Positions 48,667 through 58,959 of a stretch of DNA of 64,000 nucleotides are shown here, in pieces; the stretch's first letter is position 1, and every line of letters begins with the position of its first letter. This DNA is from an uncultured delta proteobacterium (lineage in GTDB: Bacteria; Myxococcota_A; Polyangia; Polyangiales; Polyangiaceae). Position numbers and translations under genes: made by a program. The notes beneath the pieces were generated by a model. That model worked only from the letters and a program-made list of their open reading frames with translations, had not been told where the DNA came from and did no database searches. The stretch spans positions 416,001-480,000 of the forward strand of contig CAVOKF010000008.1 of NCBI GenBank assembly GCA_963696385.1. Direction: 5' to 3'.

Positions 48667-49638
48667 GTGCTCACCGGTGCTGAGAAGGCGGTCCTGTTTC
48701 TCCTGTCGCTCGACGAGGCGGTGGCTTCGCCCATCGTCCGCGAGCTGAACGAGGCCGACCTGCGCAAGCTGCGCGCGGTCGCTTCGACGATGCGCGAGGT
48801 CCCCTCGGGCGCCCTCGACGAGGCTTTTCGCGAGTTTCTCGAGCGATCGTCGTCGGCGGTCGCCGTGCCCCGAGGCGGCCTTTCCTATCTCCGGCGCCTT
48901 TCGGTCGGTGCGTTCGGCGAGGCGCGCGCACGCGAGGTCTTCGAGGACCGAACGACCACGAGCCCGCTCGCACGCCTGGAGGGGGCTCCAGCGGACGCGG
49001 TCGCCTCCCTTCTGGTCAGCGAGCCTCCCCAGCTCGTCGCGGCGATTCTGGCGCGGCTCGAGCCCAAGGCCGCCGCCGCGATTCTCGGTGCGATGCCGGT
49101 CGAGCGCCAGAGCACCGTCATCGCCCACGTCAGCCAGATGACGGAGCTCCCGGCGAAAGTCGTGGAAGACGTGGCGAGCGCATTGGCCAACGAGCTGCCC
49201 ACCGACGATGCGTCGACCCTCATCAGCGTCGACGGGGTCGCCAAGGCCGCCGGGATGCTCAACGCCGCGGGACGTGAGGCGTCCTCCGCCATCCTCAAAC
49301 AGATGCAGGCCGAAAACGATGCGCTCGCGACCGAAGTGCGGCAAGCGATGTTCACGTTCGAAGATCTCGGCCGTCTGGACGCCCGCGCCATGCGCGAGAT
49401 GACTCGGGAGGTGCCGAGCGAGCGCATGACCCTCGCGCTGAAGGACGCTCCACAGGCGGTCGTGAACGCGGTCTTTGCCGGACTGTCGGCGCGCGCGGCA
49501 GACCTCATCAAGGACGACCTGGAACTTTTGGGCAAGGTGAGGAAAAGCGACGTCGAGGCCGCTCGCAAGGAAGTCATCGAAATCGCTCTCCGGCTCGAGG
49601 CCGAAGGCAAAATCGATCTCGGAAGGGAAGACTCATGA
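48667..49638 (+). CDS. fliG: Rotor/switch protein FliG
   Basis: LTG.EKA...L.SL, EPPQ, MFTFEDL, S.RAA.LI.DDL. Confidence 0.92.
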   Translation: MLTGAEKAVLFLLSLDEAVASPIVRELNEADLRKLRAVASTMREVPSGALDEAFREFLERSSSAVAVPRGGLSYLRRLSVGAFGEARAREVFEDRTTTSPLARLEGAPADAVASLLVSEPPQLVAAILARLEPKAAAAILGAMPVERQSTVIAHVSQMTELPAKVVEDVASALANELPTDDASTLISVDGVAKAAGMLNAAGREASSAILKQMQAENDALATEVRQAMFTFEDLGRLDARAMREMTREVPSERMTLALKDAPQAVVNAVFAGLSARAADLIKDDLELLGKVRKSDVEAARKEVIEIALRLEAEGKIDLGREDS

Positions 49639-50312
49639 GCGAAGCGACGCAGGCTTCGGCCATCGTTGGCGCGTGGTCGGCGGGGGTCGACCATGTGGCG
49701 CCGAGCCTCCCCTCGTGGATCGCCCCCCGACAACTGACCGAGGAATCCAGCGTGTCTACCCATGTGGGCTTGCCGTCGCATTCGAACGCCGGCCTCGCCC
49801 CACCGACACGCATGCCGTCGCTGCCTCCGATGACGGCACCGCGCATATCGGTCCACCCGGCGCTCGACGCGCCGCCGCCGTACCCCGACCTGCGCGAGGA
49901 GAACGCGGCGCTCCGGCGTCAAATCGTCGAGATGGCGCTCATGACGGCGCGCGTGCGGCGCGACGTGCTCGAAGCGAGCGAAGGCGAGCTCGTCAAGCTC
50001 GCCGTGGCCATCGGCGAGCGCATCGCCCGCCAAGAGCTTCGGACCGATCCGAAGATCGTGCTCGGGTGGGTGCGCGAAGCCATCGACATGTCCACGACCA
50101 AGGACCACGTGGTCGTCGCCGTCGCGCCCGATCTGGCCGCGGCCCTCGCGCCGACCGATTGGGAAGCGATTGCCGTCGGGTCGGTTCGCGTCGAGACGGA
50201 CGCTTCGCTCGCGCCGTTCCATTGCGAGGTCCGCGCGGGTGCCTCGGCCGTGGAGGTGAACGTCGCAGAGCGCGTGGCCGCGATGTCGCGTGAACTCGGG
50301 GTATCGTCCTGA
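49635..50312 (+). CDS. fliH: FliH-like protein (divergent)
   Basis: Position between fliG and fliI; C-terminal LVKLAVAI.ERI...E and V.V.P. Confidence 0.7.
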   Translation: MSEATQASAIVGAWSAGVDHVAPSLPSWIAPRQLTEESSVSTHVGLPSHSNAGLAPPTRMPSLPPMTAPRISVHPALDAPPPYPDLREENAALRRQIVEMALMTARVRRDVLEASEGELVKLAVAIGERIARQELRTDPKIVLGWVREAIDMSTTKDHVVVAVAPDLAAALAPTDWEAIAVGSVRVETDASLAPFHCEVRAGASAVEVNVAERVAAMSRELGVSS

Positions 50313-51641
50313 TGAAAGAGGATCTTCGCGTCGACCTCGGCCACTATCTGGCGCGCGTCCATCGCGCGAACGGTTTGTCGCCGCGGGGTCGCGTCGCGCA
50401 TGTCGTCGGCCTGTTGGTCGAGGTCGAGGGAATCGTCGCGGCCGTCGGTAGCCAGCTCGAAGTGACGGCCGGCGACCGCACCATCACTCTCGAGGTGCTC
50501 GGATTTCGCCACGGTCGGGTGCTGTGCGCGCCCTTGGGTCCCATCGCGGGCATCGAGCCGGGATCGCGGGTCCGAGCCAGTCCGGCGAGTGCATTGGCCG
50601 GCGTCGGTCCCTCGCTTCTCGGCCGCGTCATCGATGCGTTCGGGCGACCGCTCGACGGCAAACCTGCGCCGATGTGCCAGGAGGTCGCTCCTCTTTTGGC
50701 GCCGCCCCCGGCTCCGTTCTCGCGGTCTCCCATCCACGAAGCCATGGAAACCCGCGTGCGGGCGATTCGACACGCTCTTGCCGCTCGGGCGGGGCCAGCG
50801 CATCGGCCTCTTCGCCGGCACCGGAGTGGGCAAAAGCACGCTCTTGGGGATGTTGTGCCGCCACAGTGCGGCCGACGTGATCGTCGTCGGCCTGATCGGC
50901 GAGCGGGGTCGCGAGGTCGGCGACTTCGTGCGGGGTGCCCTCGGCACCAAGGGCCTGGAGCGATCGGTGGTGGTGGCGGCCACCAGCGATGCCCCGCCGC
51001 TCGTGAGGGCGCGGGGCGCTCTGCGCGCCACCGCGATCGCGGAGCACTTTCGTCGCCAGGGCAAGTCGGTCCTGCTCGTCATGGACTCGGTGACGCGCTA
51101 CGCGATGGCGCTGCGTGAGGCGTCGCTCGCCGCCGGAGAGCCCCCGCTCACCAAAGGCTACACGCCCACGGTGTTCGCGGCCCTTCCGGCGCTGCTCGAA
51201 CGAGCCGGCAACTGCGAGGGTCCCGGATCCATCACCGCCGTGTACACCGTGCTCGTCGAAGGCGACGACCTGAACGACCCCATCGCCGACTGCGCTCGCG
51301 GAATTCTCGATGGTCACATCGTCTTGTCGCGTAAGCTCGCAGATGCCGGCCTGTTTCCCGCCGTCGACGTCTTGCGCAGCGTGTCCCGAGTCGCCGGCGA
51401 GATCACGACCCCCGAGCATTGGAAGGACGCCGCCAAGGTGCGAGAGCTCCTCGCGGTCTACGAAGGTGCGGCGGATCTCATTCAGATCGGCGCCTACGTG
51501 CCCGGGTCCGACCCCAAGGTCGACAAGGCCCGTGCCGCGTACCCACGCATCGAAGCCCTGATTCGCCAGTCGCTCCAAGAGGACGTGCCCCGCGCCACGG
51601 CCATCCAAGCCTTGCGCGCCATCGCCGGGAGCGTCGCATGA
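50312..51641 (+). CDS. fliI: Flagellar export ATPase FliI, with a +1 frameshift at about 50767
   Basis: Joined frames give AIDTLLPLGRGQRIGLFAGTGVGKSTLL, GLIGERGREV, DSVTRYAMA, LDGHIVLSR. Confidence 0.93.
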
Positions 51642-52076
51642 GTCGCGAGCGCGTCCGTCGTATGGGCCGGATCGTGGAGATCCGCGCCGGCATCGTCGAT
51701 CGCATCGAAGTCGATCTGGCCAACCACGTGCGCCGGACCGCCGAAGCCGTAGCGCGGATCGCGACCGCGCGAGATGCGTTCCAGGCCGCCGTGTCCGCAC
51801 CGTCCGCCTCGCGATGCTCGAGCGCGGACATGGTGGAGGCCCACGAATATCGGCTCGGCCTGCGACGGCGGATCGAAACGCTCGAGGCCCAGGAGCGAAA
51901 AGTGCGCGCCGAAGAAGAGACCTGCCGGCAAGCGCTACGCGCGGCCAAATCCGATTTCGAAGAAGTTCGAGACGTTGCGAGACCGGATCGGCCAGACCCT
52001 GGCGGCCGACGAGCAGACCGCGGAACGAAAAGCGAACGACGAGTTCGCCGCGCGAATGACGAGGACCACCCCATGA
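51638..52076 (+). CDS. fliJ: FliJ-like protein, with a +1 frameshift at about 51958
   Basis: Coiled coil after fliI; corrected C-terminus DLKKFETLRDR...ERKANDEFA. Confidence 0.7.
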
Positions 52077-53503
52077 ACATCACGACGAACGTCGCCCCCA
52101 TCCCGAACCAGTCGGACTCCTCCACCCCGTCGGCCGCGCGCCCACCGTCTGCCTCTCAGGGCGCCGACTTTCGGTCGTTCCTGGAAGCCGCGCACGATCC
52201 GGGCGCGGCGGCGAAGGGCCATCCCGCAGGCCGTCGACCGGCAACGACCCCCGACCCGCGCGACGCCGCGTCGAAGCGCGGCGCGGCGCCGAAGCGCGAC
52301 CCGCAGGATCCCGCGAACGGATTTCTGCCCCAAGCCCCGGCGCCGATCGTCGTCGACGACTCCGACGACGAGGGCTCCGGGCAGGATGACCCACAGGCGG
52401 AAACGCCCGCCCCTGTCGATTGCGGCGCGAACGCCCCGGCAGCGTCGACCCCGAACGAGACCGCAAACGCCTCGGCGCTGCCGCAGCTGGCCGTGTCGGC
52501 AACGGCGTCACCCTTCATCCCGAACGCGCTGCCGAGGACCCCGCCGCTGACCGCCGCGGTCGCGTCCGAGGCCACCCCGGGATTGGCCATCGACGCGACC
52601 GCCAGGACCGCAAGCGGCCTCGGCACCTCGCCGACGCCGGGCGAGTCCCGGTCCGAGCCCAGCCTCGCTCGACCGGCCGCACTCCCCTCGCCTTCGACCC
52701 TTGCGGGTCTCGCCGGCGCTTCGCGAGTGGCCGCTTCTCCGGCGGCGATCGGCGCGAATCCGAGCCTGTCGCCTTCCGCGGCGAAATCACCCAATGGGCC
52801 GCTCGCCACCGCAAGCGCAGAGCGAACCTCCTCGGGCGACTCCGCCTCTCGAACGGCGAGTCCGACGAGCTCCGGCAACCCCACGGCCGCCGCGCCCCCA
52901 TCCGCCACGGCAGCGGCCCGCGACGCGTCTCGACCGAGCGCCAAGGCCGGAGCTGCCGCGGCGGCCGCGCCGGCGTCTCCCGACGGCGCAGCACCGGCCG
53001 CTTCGGCCCTGCTGGCGACGGACGCCGCTCTCGGAGCCCTGCCGAGCGACAAAATTCTGACGACGACCGCCAACGGCGTGCCGGCCGATGCAACGTCGTC
53101 GGCCCGCCCTGCCGAAGACGACGTGGCGACCGCCGCCCAGTCCGCGATGAACCAGGTCGTGATTCTCAACGCGGCCCACGGTGCGCTGGACCACCCCGAA
53201 CTCGGACACATCGACGTGCACGCCCGCTCAAAGGACGGCGAAGTCGACGTGCGCGTCACTTCGCAGCGCGCCGAGACCGCCTCGTTGCTGGCCCCGCGGG
53301 TCGAGGCCATGTCGGCGGCCGCCAACGTGCCTGCAGCGCGCATCGAGATCGGCACTCGGGGGGGGCCCAGCACGGGATCCTTCGACGCATCGGGCAACGG
53401 GGGTGGCCAGAAGTCCGACGATCGCGCACCGACCGAATCCGACGACGACACGAGTGCGGCCATCCAGCCGACGGCGCCCGGGCGGGTCCGGATCGTGCTC
53501 TAG
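52073..53503 (+). CDS. fliK: Hook-length control protein FliK-like
   Basis: Long Pro/Ala/Ser-rich region, then L.HPELG.IDV; upstream of flgD. Confidence 0.7.
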   Translation: MNITTNVAPIPNQSDSSTPSAARPPSASQGADFRSFLEAAHDPGAAAKGHPAGRRPATTPDPRDAASKRGAAPKRDPQDPANGFLPQAPAPIVVDDSDDEGSGQDDPQAETPAPVDCGANAPAASTPNETANASALPQLAVSATASPFIPNALPRTPPLTAAVASEATPGLAIDATARTASGLGTSPTPGESRSEPSLARPAALPSPSTLAGLAGASRVAASPAAIGANPSLSPSAAKSPNGPLATASAERTSSGDSASRTASPTSSGNPTAAAPPSATAAARDASRPSAKAGAAAAAAPASPDGAAPAASALLATDAALGALPSDKILTTTANGVPADATSSARPAEDDVATAAQSAMNQVVILNAAHGALDHPELGHIDVHARSKDGEVDVRVTSQRAETASLLAPRVEAMSAAANVPAARIEIGTRGGPSTGSFDASGNGGGQKSDDRAPTESDDDTSAAIQPTAPGRVRIVL

Positions 53504-53513
53504 CAGGTGTCCA

Positions 53514-54236
53514 ATGACGAACATCAGCCAAACGAGCAGCGCCGGGTTGACGGGCGCCGCGGCGGCGAGCGCCGCAGCGAGCACGGCGACGACGGGAGCG
53601 ACGCCGACGGTCAACGAGCAGGAGTTTTTGCAACTGCTCGTCGCGCAGCTGCAGCACCAAGACCCCACCCAGCCGATGCAGGGGACGGACTTCGTGACCC
53701 AGCTCGCCCAGTTCTCGTTGGTCGAGCAATCGGTCAATCAGTCGCAGCAGCTCGGCACCGTGTCGACCCAGCTTTCCGGCATCGGCAACAACGAAGCGTC
53801 GCAACTGGTCGGCCAGACGGTCACCATCGGCGGAAACACCGTGACATCCAACGGAACCTCCGCATCCCCGACCAACGTCACCCTCGGGGGCTCGGCGGCG
53901 GACGTGAAGGCGACGATCACCGACTCGAACGGAAACCTGATTCGCACGCTCGACCTCGGACCCCAGAGCGCAGGACCGCTCAGCATCCAGTGGGACGGCA
54001 ACAACAGCTCCGGCCAGAGCGCGCCTCAGGGGACCTACACCATCAACGTGACGGCGACGACCTCGAGCGGCGCGGCCGTGCCGGTCTCGCAAAGTGTGAG
54101 CGGCGTGGTGACCAACATCTCGTTTGCCCAAGGGGCAACGATGGTCACGCTGGCTTCCGGCGCCCAGGCACCGAATCTCGCAACTGGTCAGCGTGGGCGC
54201 GCCCACCTCGACCCCGTCTCCGTGACGGCGTCGTAA
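53514..54236 (+). CDS. flgD: Hook cap FlgD (probable +1 insertion at about 54175; corrected stop 54225)
   Basis: EFLQLLVAQLQHQDPTQP...FVTQLAQFS, WDG...G...G.Y. Confidence 0.92.
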   Translation: MTNISQTSSAGLTGAAAASAAASTATTGATPTVNEQEFLQLLVAQLQHQDPTQPMQGTDFVTQLAQFSLVEQSVNQSQQLGTVSTQLSGIGNNEASQLVGQTVTIGGNTVTSNGTSASPTNVTLGGSAADVKATITDSNGNLIRTLDLGPQSAGPLSIQWDGNNSSGQSAPQGTYTINVTATTSSGAAVPVSQSVSGVVTNISFAQGATMVTLASGAQAPNLATGQRGRAHLDPVSVTAS

Positions 54237-54281
54237 CCACCCACCCCCTCCCATCGAATCTACCAAGCAACGGAGAACCAT

Positions 54282-55571
54282 ATGTCGATCTTCTCGGCCA
54301 TGTACGCGGGCGTTTCGGGGCTCGACGCGGAGAGCAGCGCGCTCGGCGTCATCGGCAACAACCTATCGAACTCGAGCACGGTCGGCTTCAAAGAGTCGCG
54401 CGAGGAATTCGACACCGTGCTCGGCGCCGCGGCGGGGACCGAAGGCGCCATCGGCGGCGGCGTGGAGATGACGTCCGCGCAGCAGATTTTCTCCGAAGGG
54501 TCCCTGGTCAACACGGGACTGCCGACCGACGTCGCCTTGTCGGGCGACGGCTTCTTCGTCGTGAACGGCAGCGTCGGCGGCATGAGCGGCGACTTCTACA
54601 CGCGCGACGGTCAGACCTCGCTCAACAGCAACGGCACGCTCGTCAACCCCGATGGCCTGGCCTTCGAGGGCTATGCGGCCAATCCGGACGGAACGTTCTC
54701 GACGACGCTGGCACCCATCCAGGTGAGCACGTCGGCGCTCGCCCCCAAGACGACGACGGCGATGAGCATCACGGCGAATTTGAACTCGGCCGATACGCCG
54801 CCTGCGGTCGCGTGGAACGCGCAAAATCCCGGCACGAGCAGCAATTTCTCGACGAGCATGCAGGTTTACGACTCGCTCGGCAATGCGCACACGGTCAACG
54901 TGTACTTCGCCAACCAGGGCAACGGGTCCTGGACCTACCACGTGCTCGCCCCCGGGTCCGACGTGGCCGGTGGAACCGCCGGACAGAACTCGGAGATCGC
55001 CACCGGTACGCTCACGTTCAACAGTTCCGGCGCGCTTCAAAGCAACACGGTGACGGCCGGCGGCACGGTGAGCTTCAACGGAGCGACGCCGAACCAGGCT
55101 CTCACGTTCAACTTCGGGTCGCCCATTGCGGGCGGCGGTACCGGAACCGACGGCATCACGCAATACGGTTCGCCCGACACGATCTCCACGCAAAGCCAGG
55201 ACGGCTATGCATCCGGATCGCTCACCGGCGTGACGATCGATGCCAACGGGACCGTCCAAGGATCCTACACGAATGGGCAGACGTTGGCGGTCGCGCAGAT
55301 GGGCATCGCCAAGTTCCCCTCGAACACGGGCCTCGGCCAGATGGGACAGAATCTCTGGAACGCGACCCCGGATTCAGGCATTCCGGCGGTGGGCACCGCG
55401 GGCACGGGAGGTCGCGGATCGCTCGTCGCCGGATCGCTCGAGGGATCGAACGTCGACATGTCCGCTCAGTTCGTCGACCTCATCGCACAACAAAGCGGAT
55501 TCCAGGCCGATTCCAAGACGATCACGACCGCCGACCAAATGCTCCAGACCCTGATGCAAATCACGCAGTAG
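54282..55571 (+). CDS. flgE: Hook protein FlgE
   Basis: GVSGL...VIGNNLSN..TVGFK, YTRDG, VYDSLGNAH, LEGSNVD. Confidence 0.95.
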   Translation: MSIFSAMYAGVSGLDAESSALGVIGNNLSNSSTVGFKESREEFDTVLGAAAGTEGAIGGGVEMTSAQQIFSEGSLVNTGLPTDVALSGDGFFVVNGSVGGMSGDFYTRDGQTSLNSNGTLVNPDGLAFEGYAANPDGTFSTTLAPIQVSTSALAPKTTTAMSITANLNSADTPPAVAWNAQNPGTSSNFSTSMQVYDSLGNAHTVNVYFANQGNGSWTYHVLAPGSDVAGGTAGQNSEIATGTLTFNSSGALQSNTVTAGGTVSFNGATPNQALTFNFGSPIAGGGTGTDGITQYGSPDTISTQSQDGYASGSLTGVTIDANGTVQGSYTNGQTLAVAQMGIAKFPSNTGLGQMGQNLWNATPDSGIPAVGTAGTGGRGSLVAGSLEGSNVDMSAQFVDLIAQQSGFQADSKTITTADQMLQTLMQITQ

Positions 55572-55607
55572 CGCCCCAAAGGGGCCGCGAATCGACCGAG
55601 AATCGTC

Positions 55608-56105
55608 ATGAGTGACACCGACGACAGCAAAGAACTGCCCGCGGGCGTCCCGCGCAAGAGTTCGATCAATCTCGTTGCCCTGCTTTTGCCGGCACTGCTC
55701 GCAGGCGGCGCGGCCTTCGGCGGCGCAAGGCTCTCCTCGGCCCACGCGGCCGGCAACGCGAGCGGCGCTTCGTCGGCGGCACCGGCGCAAGAACTGCCGC
55801 CCGGACCGACCCTGGCGCTCGACCCCTTTCTCGTTTTGACCCAGGACGTGAACAAGAAAACACACCCGATGAAGTTGACCCTCGCGGTCGAATTCGTGGC
55901 CGGCGGCAAAGACGAGGAAGCGCCCAAGAACTTCACCCCGCGCATGCGCGACGCAACACTCAGTTATCTGCGCGTGTTGAGCTACGAGGACGCCCTCGAC
56001 AACACGAAGGCCGACAAGCTGCGAGCCGACCTGCTCGAGCGATTCCGGGCGGCCGGCGTCAAGTCGCTTCAGCGCGTGCTGATCACCGACCTCGTCGTCC
56101 AATGA
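55608..56105 (+). CDS. fliL: FliL
   Basis: Single TM, LDPF, P.MRD....L, V..TD.VVQ. Confidence 0.85.
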   Translation: MSDTDDSKELPAGVPRKSSINLVALLLPALLAGGAAFGGARLSSAHAAGNASGASSAAPAQELPPGPTLALDPFLVLTQDVNKKTHPMKLTLAVEFVAGGKDEEAPKNFTPRMRDATLSYLRVLSYEDALDNTKADKLRADLLERFRAAGVKSLQRVLITDLVVQ

Positions 56106-56968
56106 CCACGGCCGAGGCACCGCGGGTCGAACTCCTGAGATTTGCGCTCGAGGGGGAGCGCGTGCGCAAGGCGGCTCGGATCCTCGAACGGGAAAGTCCG
56201 CGTCTTGCGGCTGCGCTGCGCCGCGCCGTGCCGTTCTTGTCACGACGACGGGTTCCGATCGCCCTCGCCTATACGCGAGCGACCCCGATCGCCGAGCTGC
56301 TCGACAGCGTTCCGCGCCCCATTCACGTCGTGCATCTCGTGACGTCGCCGGGCAGCGCTCGAGGGGCGCTACTGCTCGATGCCGGCGCGATTGCCATGTT
56401 TCTCGACGGGGTGCTCGGCGGCAACGGCCAGACCCTGCCCGTATTGAATGCGACCGGGCTGACCACCCCTCAAGCCGCGCTCGCATCGGGCCTGGCGGTC
56501 GGAATCGTTCGCGCCTTTTCGGACTCTCTGGGGGCCTCGATCGGCTTGCGGCTCGAGTCCCGGCCGGCGGACGTCGACGAAGCGACCGCGCAGAGCGCGC
56601 CGATCGCGTGCGTCCTCGAGTTCGGCGTCGACGAACGGATCGGCCGCGTCGTGCTGCTTTTGCCCAAGGAGGTGCTGCTCGCCTCCGCTGCGGAGGCCGA
56701 CCCGCCTGCCAATCACGCGGTCGACGCGCGCATCACAGCCGTTCTCGAGAACGTCGAGATCGACCTGGTCGCCGAGTTGGGTCGGGTCAGCATGCGGGTC
56801 TGCGATCTCACCGCCATCAAAGTCGGAGACATGCTGCGACTCGATGTTCCGGTGAACGGCATGGTGAGCGTACGCGCCAACGACCACGTTCTGTATCGCG
56901 GGCGCCCCACGACCAACGGCGGTCAGATATCGGTGAAAATTGCCGCGGACGCCGACGGCGTTCACTGA
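56102..56968 (+). CDS. fliM: FliM-like switch protein lacking the N-terminal CheY-binding segment
   Basis: LGGNG motif and C-terminal SpoA domain (AELG....V.DL..IKVGD.L.L); between fliL and fliN. Confidence 0.75.
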   Translation: MTTAEAPRVELLRFALEGERVRKAARILERESPRLAAALRRAVPFLSRRRVPIALAYTRATPIAELLDSVPRPIHVVHLVTSPGSARGALLLDAGAIAMFLDGVLGGNGQTLPVLNATGLTTPQAALASGLAVGIVRAFSDSLGASIGLRLESRPADVDEATAQSAPIACVLEFGVDERIGRVVLLLPKEVLLASAAEADPPANHAVDARITAVLENVEIDLVAELGRVSMRVCDLTAIKVGDMLRLDVPVNGMVSVRANDHVLYRGRPTTNGGQISVKIAADADGVH

Positions 56969-56988
56969 TCGGGCACGAGCCAGGATAC

Positions 56989-57004
56989 CGGCACGAAGGT
57001 TGAT
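56989..57004 (+). promoter_or_regulatory. Possible sigma54 promoter of fliN-flhF
   Basis: CGGCACG-AAGG-TTGAT in the intergenic gap before fliN. Confidence 0.5.
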
Positions 57005-57036
57005 AGGTGGGATCTCATGAACCCCAAAGGTCAACC

Positions 57037-57369
57037 ATGAGTCCCCCGGATCGAACCCCGCCGCCCGCCGCTGCGGTCCCCGAAGCCCTGATCGCGCCGC
57101 CCCAGCCCGCGTCGTTGGGGGCGATGTTTCTTCTGCGCGACGTCGAAGTCGAAATCACTCTGGAGATCGGACGGCGCCGCATGCGGATCGCCGATGTGTT
57201 GAAGCTCGCGAACGGCCAGACTCTGGAACTCGCGAAAGCCGCCGGCGAGCCGCTCGACATCTTCGTCAACGGACGGCTTTTGGGCCGCGGCGAGGCCGTG
57301 GTCCTCGGCGACCGGTACGGGGTGCGGATCACCGAGATCGTCTCGCCCGGAGACGACGCGCAGTCGTGA
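57037..57369 (+). CDS. fliN: FliN
   Basis: DV.V...LEIGR..M.I.D.L.L..G..LEL...AGEPLDI.VNG....RGE.VV....GVRITEI. Confidence 0.93.
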   Translation: MSPPDRTPPPAAAVPEALIAPPQPASLGAMFLLRDVEVEITLEIGRRRMRIADVLKLANGQTLELAKAAGEPLDIFVNGRLLGRGEAVVLGDRYGVRITEIVSPGDDAQS

Positions 57370-58043
57370 GGCGTCTCATCGCTTCTGGCGTCATCGTCCT
57401 GGCGACATCCGCCAGCACGCTGACGCGCGCCGCACCGGCGGATCCCGCACCCACGGCCAACACCGTACTGGCGCCCAGCGCGCCGGGCGCAGCGCTCGGC
57501 ATCCCCCCTACCCCGGCGGACACTTTGCTGGCACCCACCGCGCCGACGCCTTTGCAGACGCGGCCGGGCAAGCCTCTTTCGCTCGATCCGGCACCCGCCC
57601 ACTTCTCGGTCCTCTGGAAGCTCCTGGCGATGGTCCTCGTGACCGCCGGCGGTCTTTTCGTCTGGAAGCGCCGGACCGGAGCCTCGGCTGCGTCGCCCAG
57701 CGTGCAAATGAACATCGTTCGCCGCGTGCCGGTGGGCGTTCGCAGCGAGCTTTTGGTCATCGAGCTCGAAGGTCAGCGCATGCTGCTCGGGGTCACCCCC
57801 CACGGCATCCAGAATTTGTACATCATGCCCGACACCGACGCCGACGAGGTCGGCGGCGCGCTCTCCACGCCGGCGCGGACGGTGGCCGACGCGCTTCTGG
57901 CGAACGACGAGATTCGCGCGGCAACCGGCGGCGGCGCCAGCGAATCGAAGCGATCGAGGCGCATGACGGCGTCGACCGGGGCAAGCCACGAGCCCATCGA
58001 AGATCAGGCTCGCGGACTGCTGTCGATCGGAGAACGCCGGTGA
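57366..58043 (+). CDS. fliO: FliO-like protein
   Basis: TM followed by I..R..VG....L.VIE.EG...LLGVT; position before fliP. Confidence 0.75.
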   Translation: MRRLIASGVIVLATSASTLTRAAPADPAPTANTVLAPSAPGAALGIPPTPADTLLAPTAPTPLQTRPGKPLSLDPAPAHFSVLWKLLAMVLVTAGGLFVWKRRTGASAASPSVQMNIVRRVPVGVRSELLVIELEGQRMLLGVTPHGIQNLYIMPDTDADEVGGALSTPARTVADALLANDEIRAATGGGASESKRSRRMTASTGASHEPIEDQARGLLSIGERR

Positions 58044-58693
58044 ACCTCACCGCCCTGAACGAGCCGGGACTCGCGCCGCAGCTCAAGCTGCTCGCGCTTC
58101 TGACGCTCTTGTCCTTGCTGCCGGCCATCGTGCTGACGATGACGTCGTTCACCCGATCGATCATCGTGCTGTCGTTCGTCCGGCAGGGGATCGGCACCCA
58201 GCAGACCCCGCCCAATCAGGTGCTCATCGGTATCGCGATCTTTTTGACGATGTTCATCATGGCGCCGGTCGGATCGGCGATCGCCCACGACGCGTACGAT
58301 CCCTATGTGGCCGGAAAGATCACCGAGGAGCAGGCTTTCGAACGTGCCGCGGCGCCGCTTCGATCGTTCATGCTTCGGCAGACCCGCGAGAGCGATCTCG
58401 CTCTCTTCTACGATGCGGCACACTTGCCGTTGCCCGATACGGAGGAGGCGGTCCCGCTCCGCATCGAGGCGCCCGCGTTCGTCGTGAGCGAGCTCACCAC
58501 CGCGTTTCAAATGGGTGTGCTCGTGCTCTTGCCCTTTTTGGTCATCGACCTCGCGGTCTCGTCGGTGCTGATGTCGCTCGGCATGATGATGGTGCCGCCC
58601 GGGACGATCAGCCTGCCGGTCAAGTTGCTTCTCTTCGTCGTCGTGGACGGCTGGCACTTGCTCGTCGGATCGCTCATTCGGAGCTTCGGATGA
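58040..58693 (+). CDS. fliP: Export gate FliP (no N-terminal signal peptide)
   Basis: MTSFTR..IVLS..RQ.IG.QQTPPNQVL, PAF..SEL..AF, ISLP.KLLLFV.VDGW. Confidence 0.96.
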   Translation: MNLTALNEPGLAPQLKLLALLTLLSLLPAIVLTMTSFTRSIIVLSFVRQGIGTQQTPPNQVLIGIAIFLTMFIMAPVGSAIAHDAYDPYVAGKITEEQAFERAAAPLRSFMLRQTRESDLALFYDAAHLPLPDTEEAVPLRIEAPAFVVSELTTAFQMGVLVLLPFLVIDLAVSSVLMSLGMMMVPPGTISLPVKLLLFVVVDGWHLLVGSLIRSFG

Positions 58694-58959
58694 ATGCCGA
58701 TCAAGCCCTCGAACTTCTCACCACGCTGCTCGAAGTCACGATCTTCGCCGCCGGACCCCTGCTCTTCGCCTCGCTTGCGGCGGGAGTGCTCGTCGGCATC
58801 GTCCAGGCGGCGACCCAGATCAACGAGGCGAGCGTCAGCTTCGTCGTGAAGGCTACGGTGGTCTTGGGCGTTCTGGTGACGCTCGGCCCCGCGCTCGCGT
58901 CGCGCGTCGTCGAATATGCGCACGACAACTTCGAATCGATTGCGCACATCGTGCGTTGA
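58690..58959 (+). CDS. fliQ: Export gate FliQ
   Basis: G.LV.I.QAATQINE..VSFV.K. Confidence 0.93.
   Translation: MNADQALELLTTLLEVTIFAAGPLLFASLAAGVLVGIVQAATQINEASVSFVVKATVVLGVLVTLGPALASRVVEYAHDNFESIAHIVR

Noticed and set aside
50760..50770. Programmed ribosomal frameshift in fliI (and similarly flhA, fliJ)
   Set aside because: No slippery heptamer or stimulatory structure seen; the pattern matches insertion errors elsewhere in the window.
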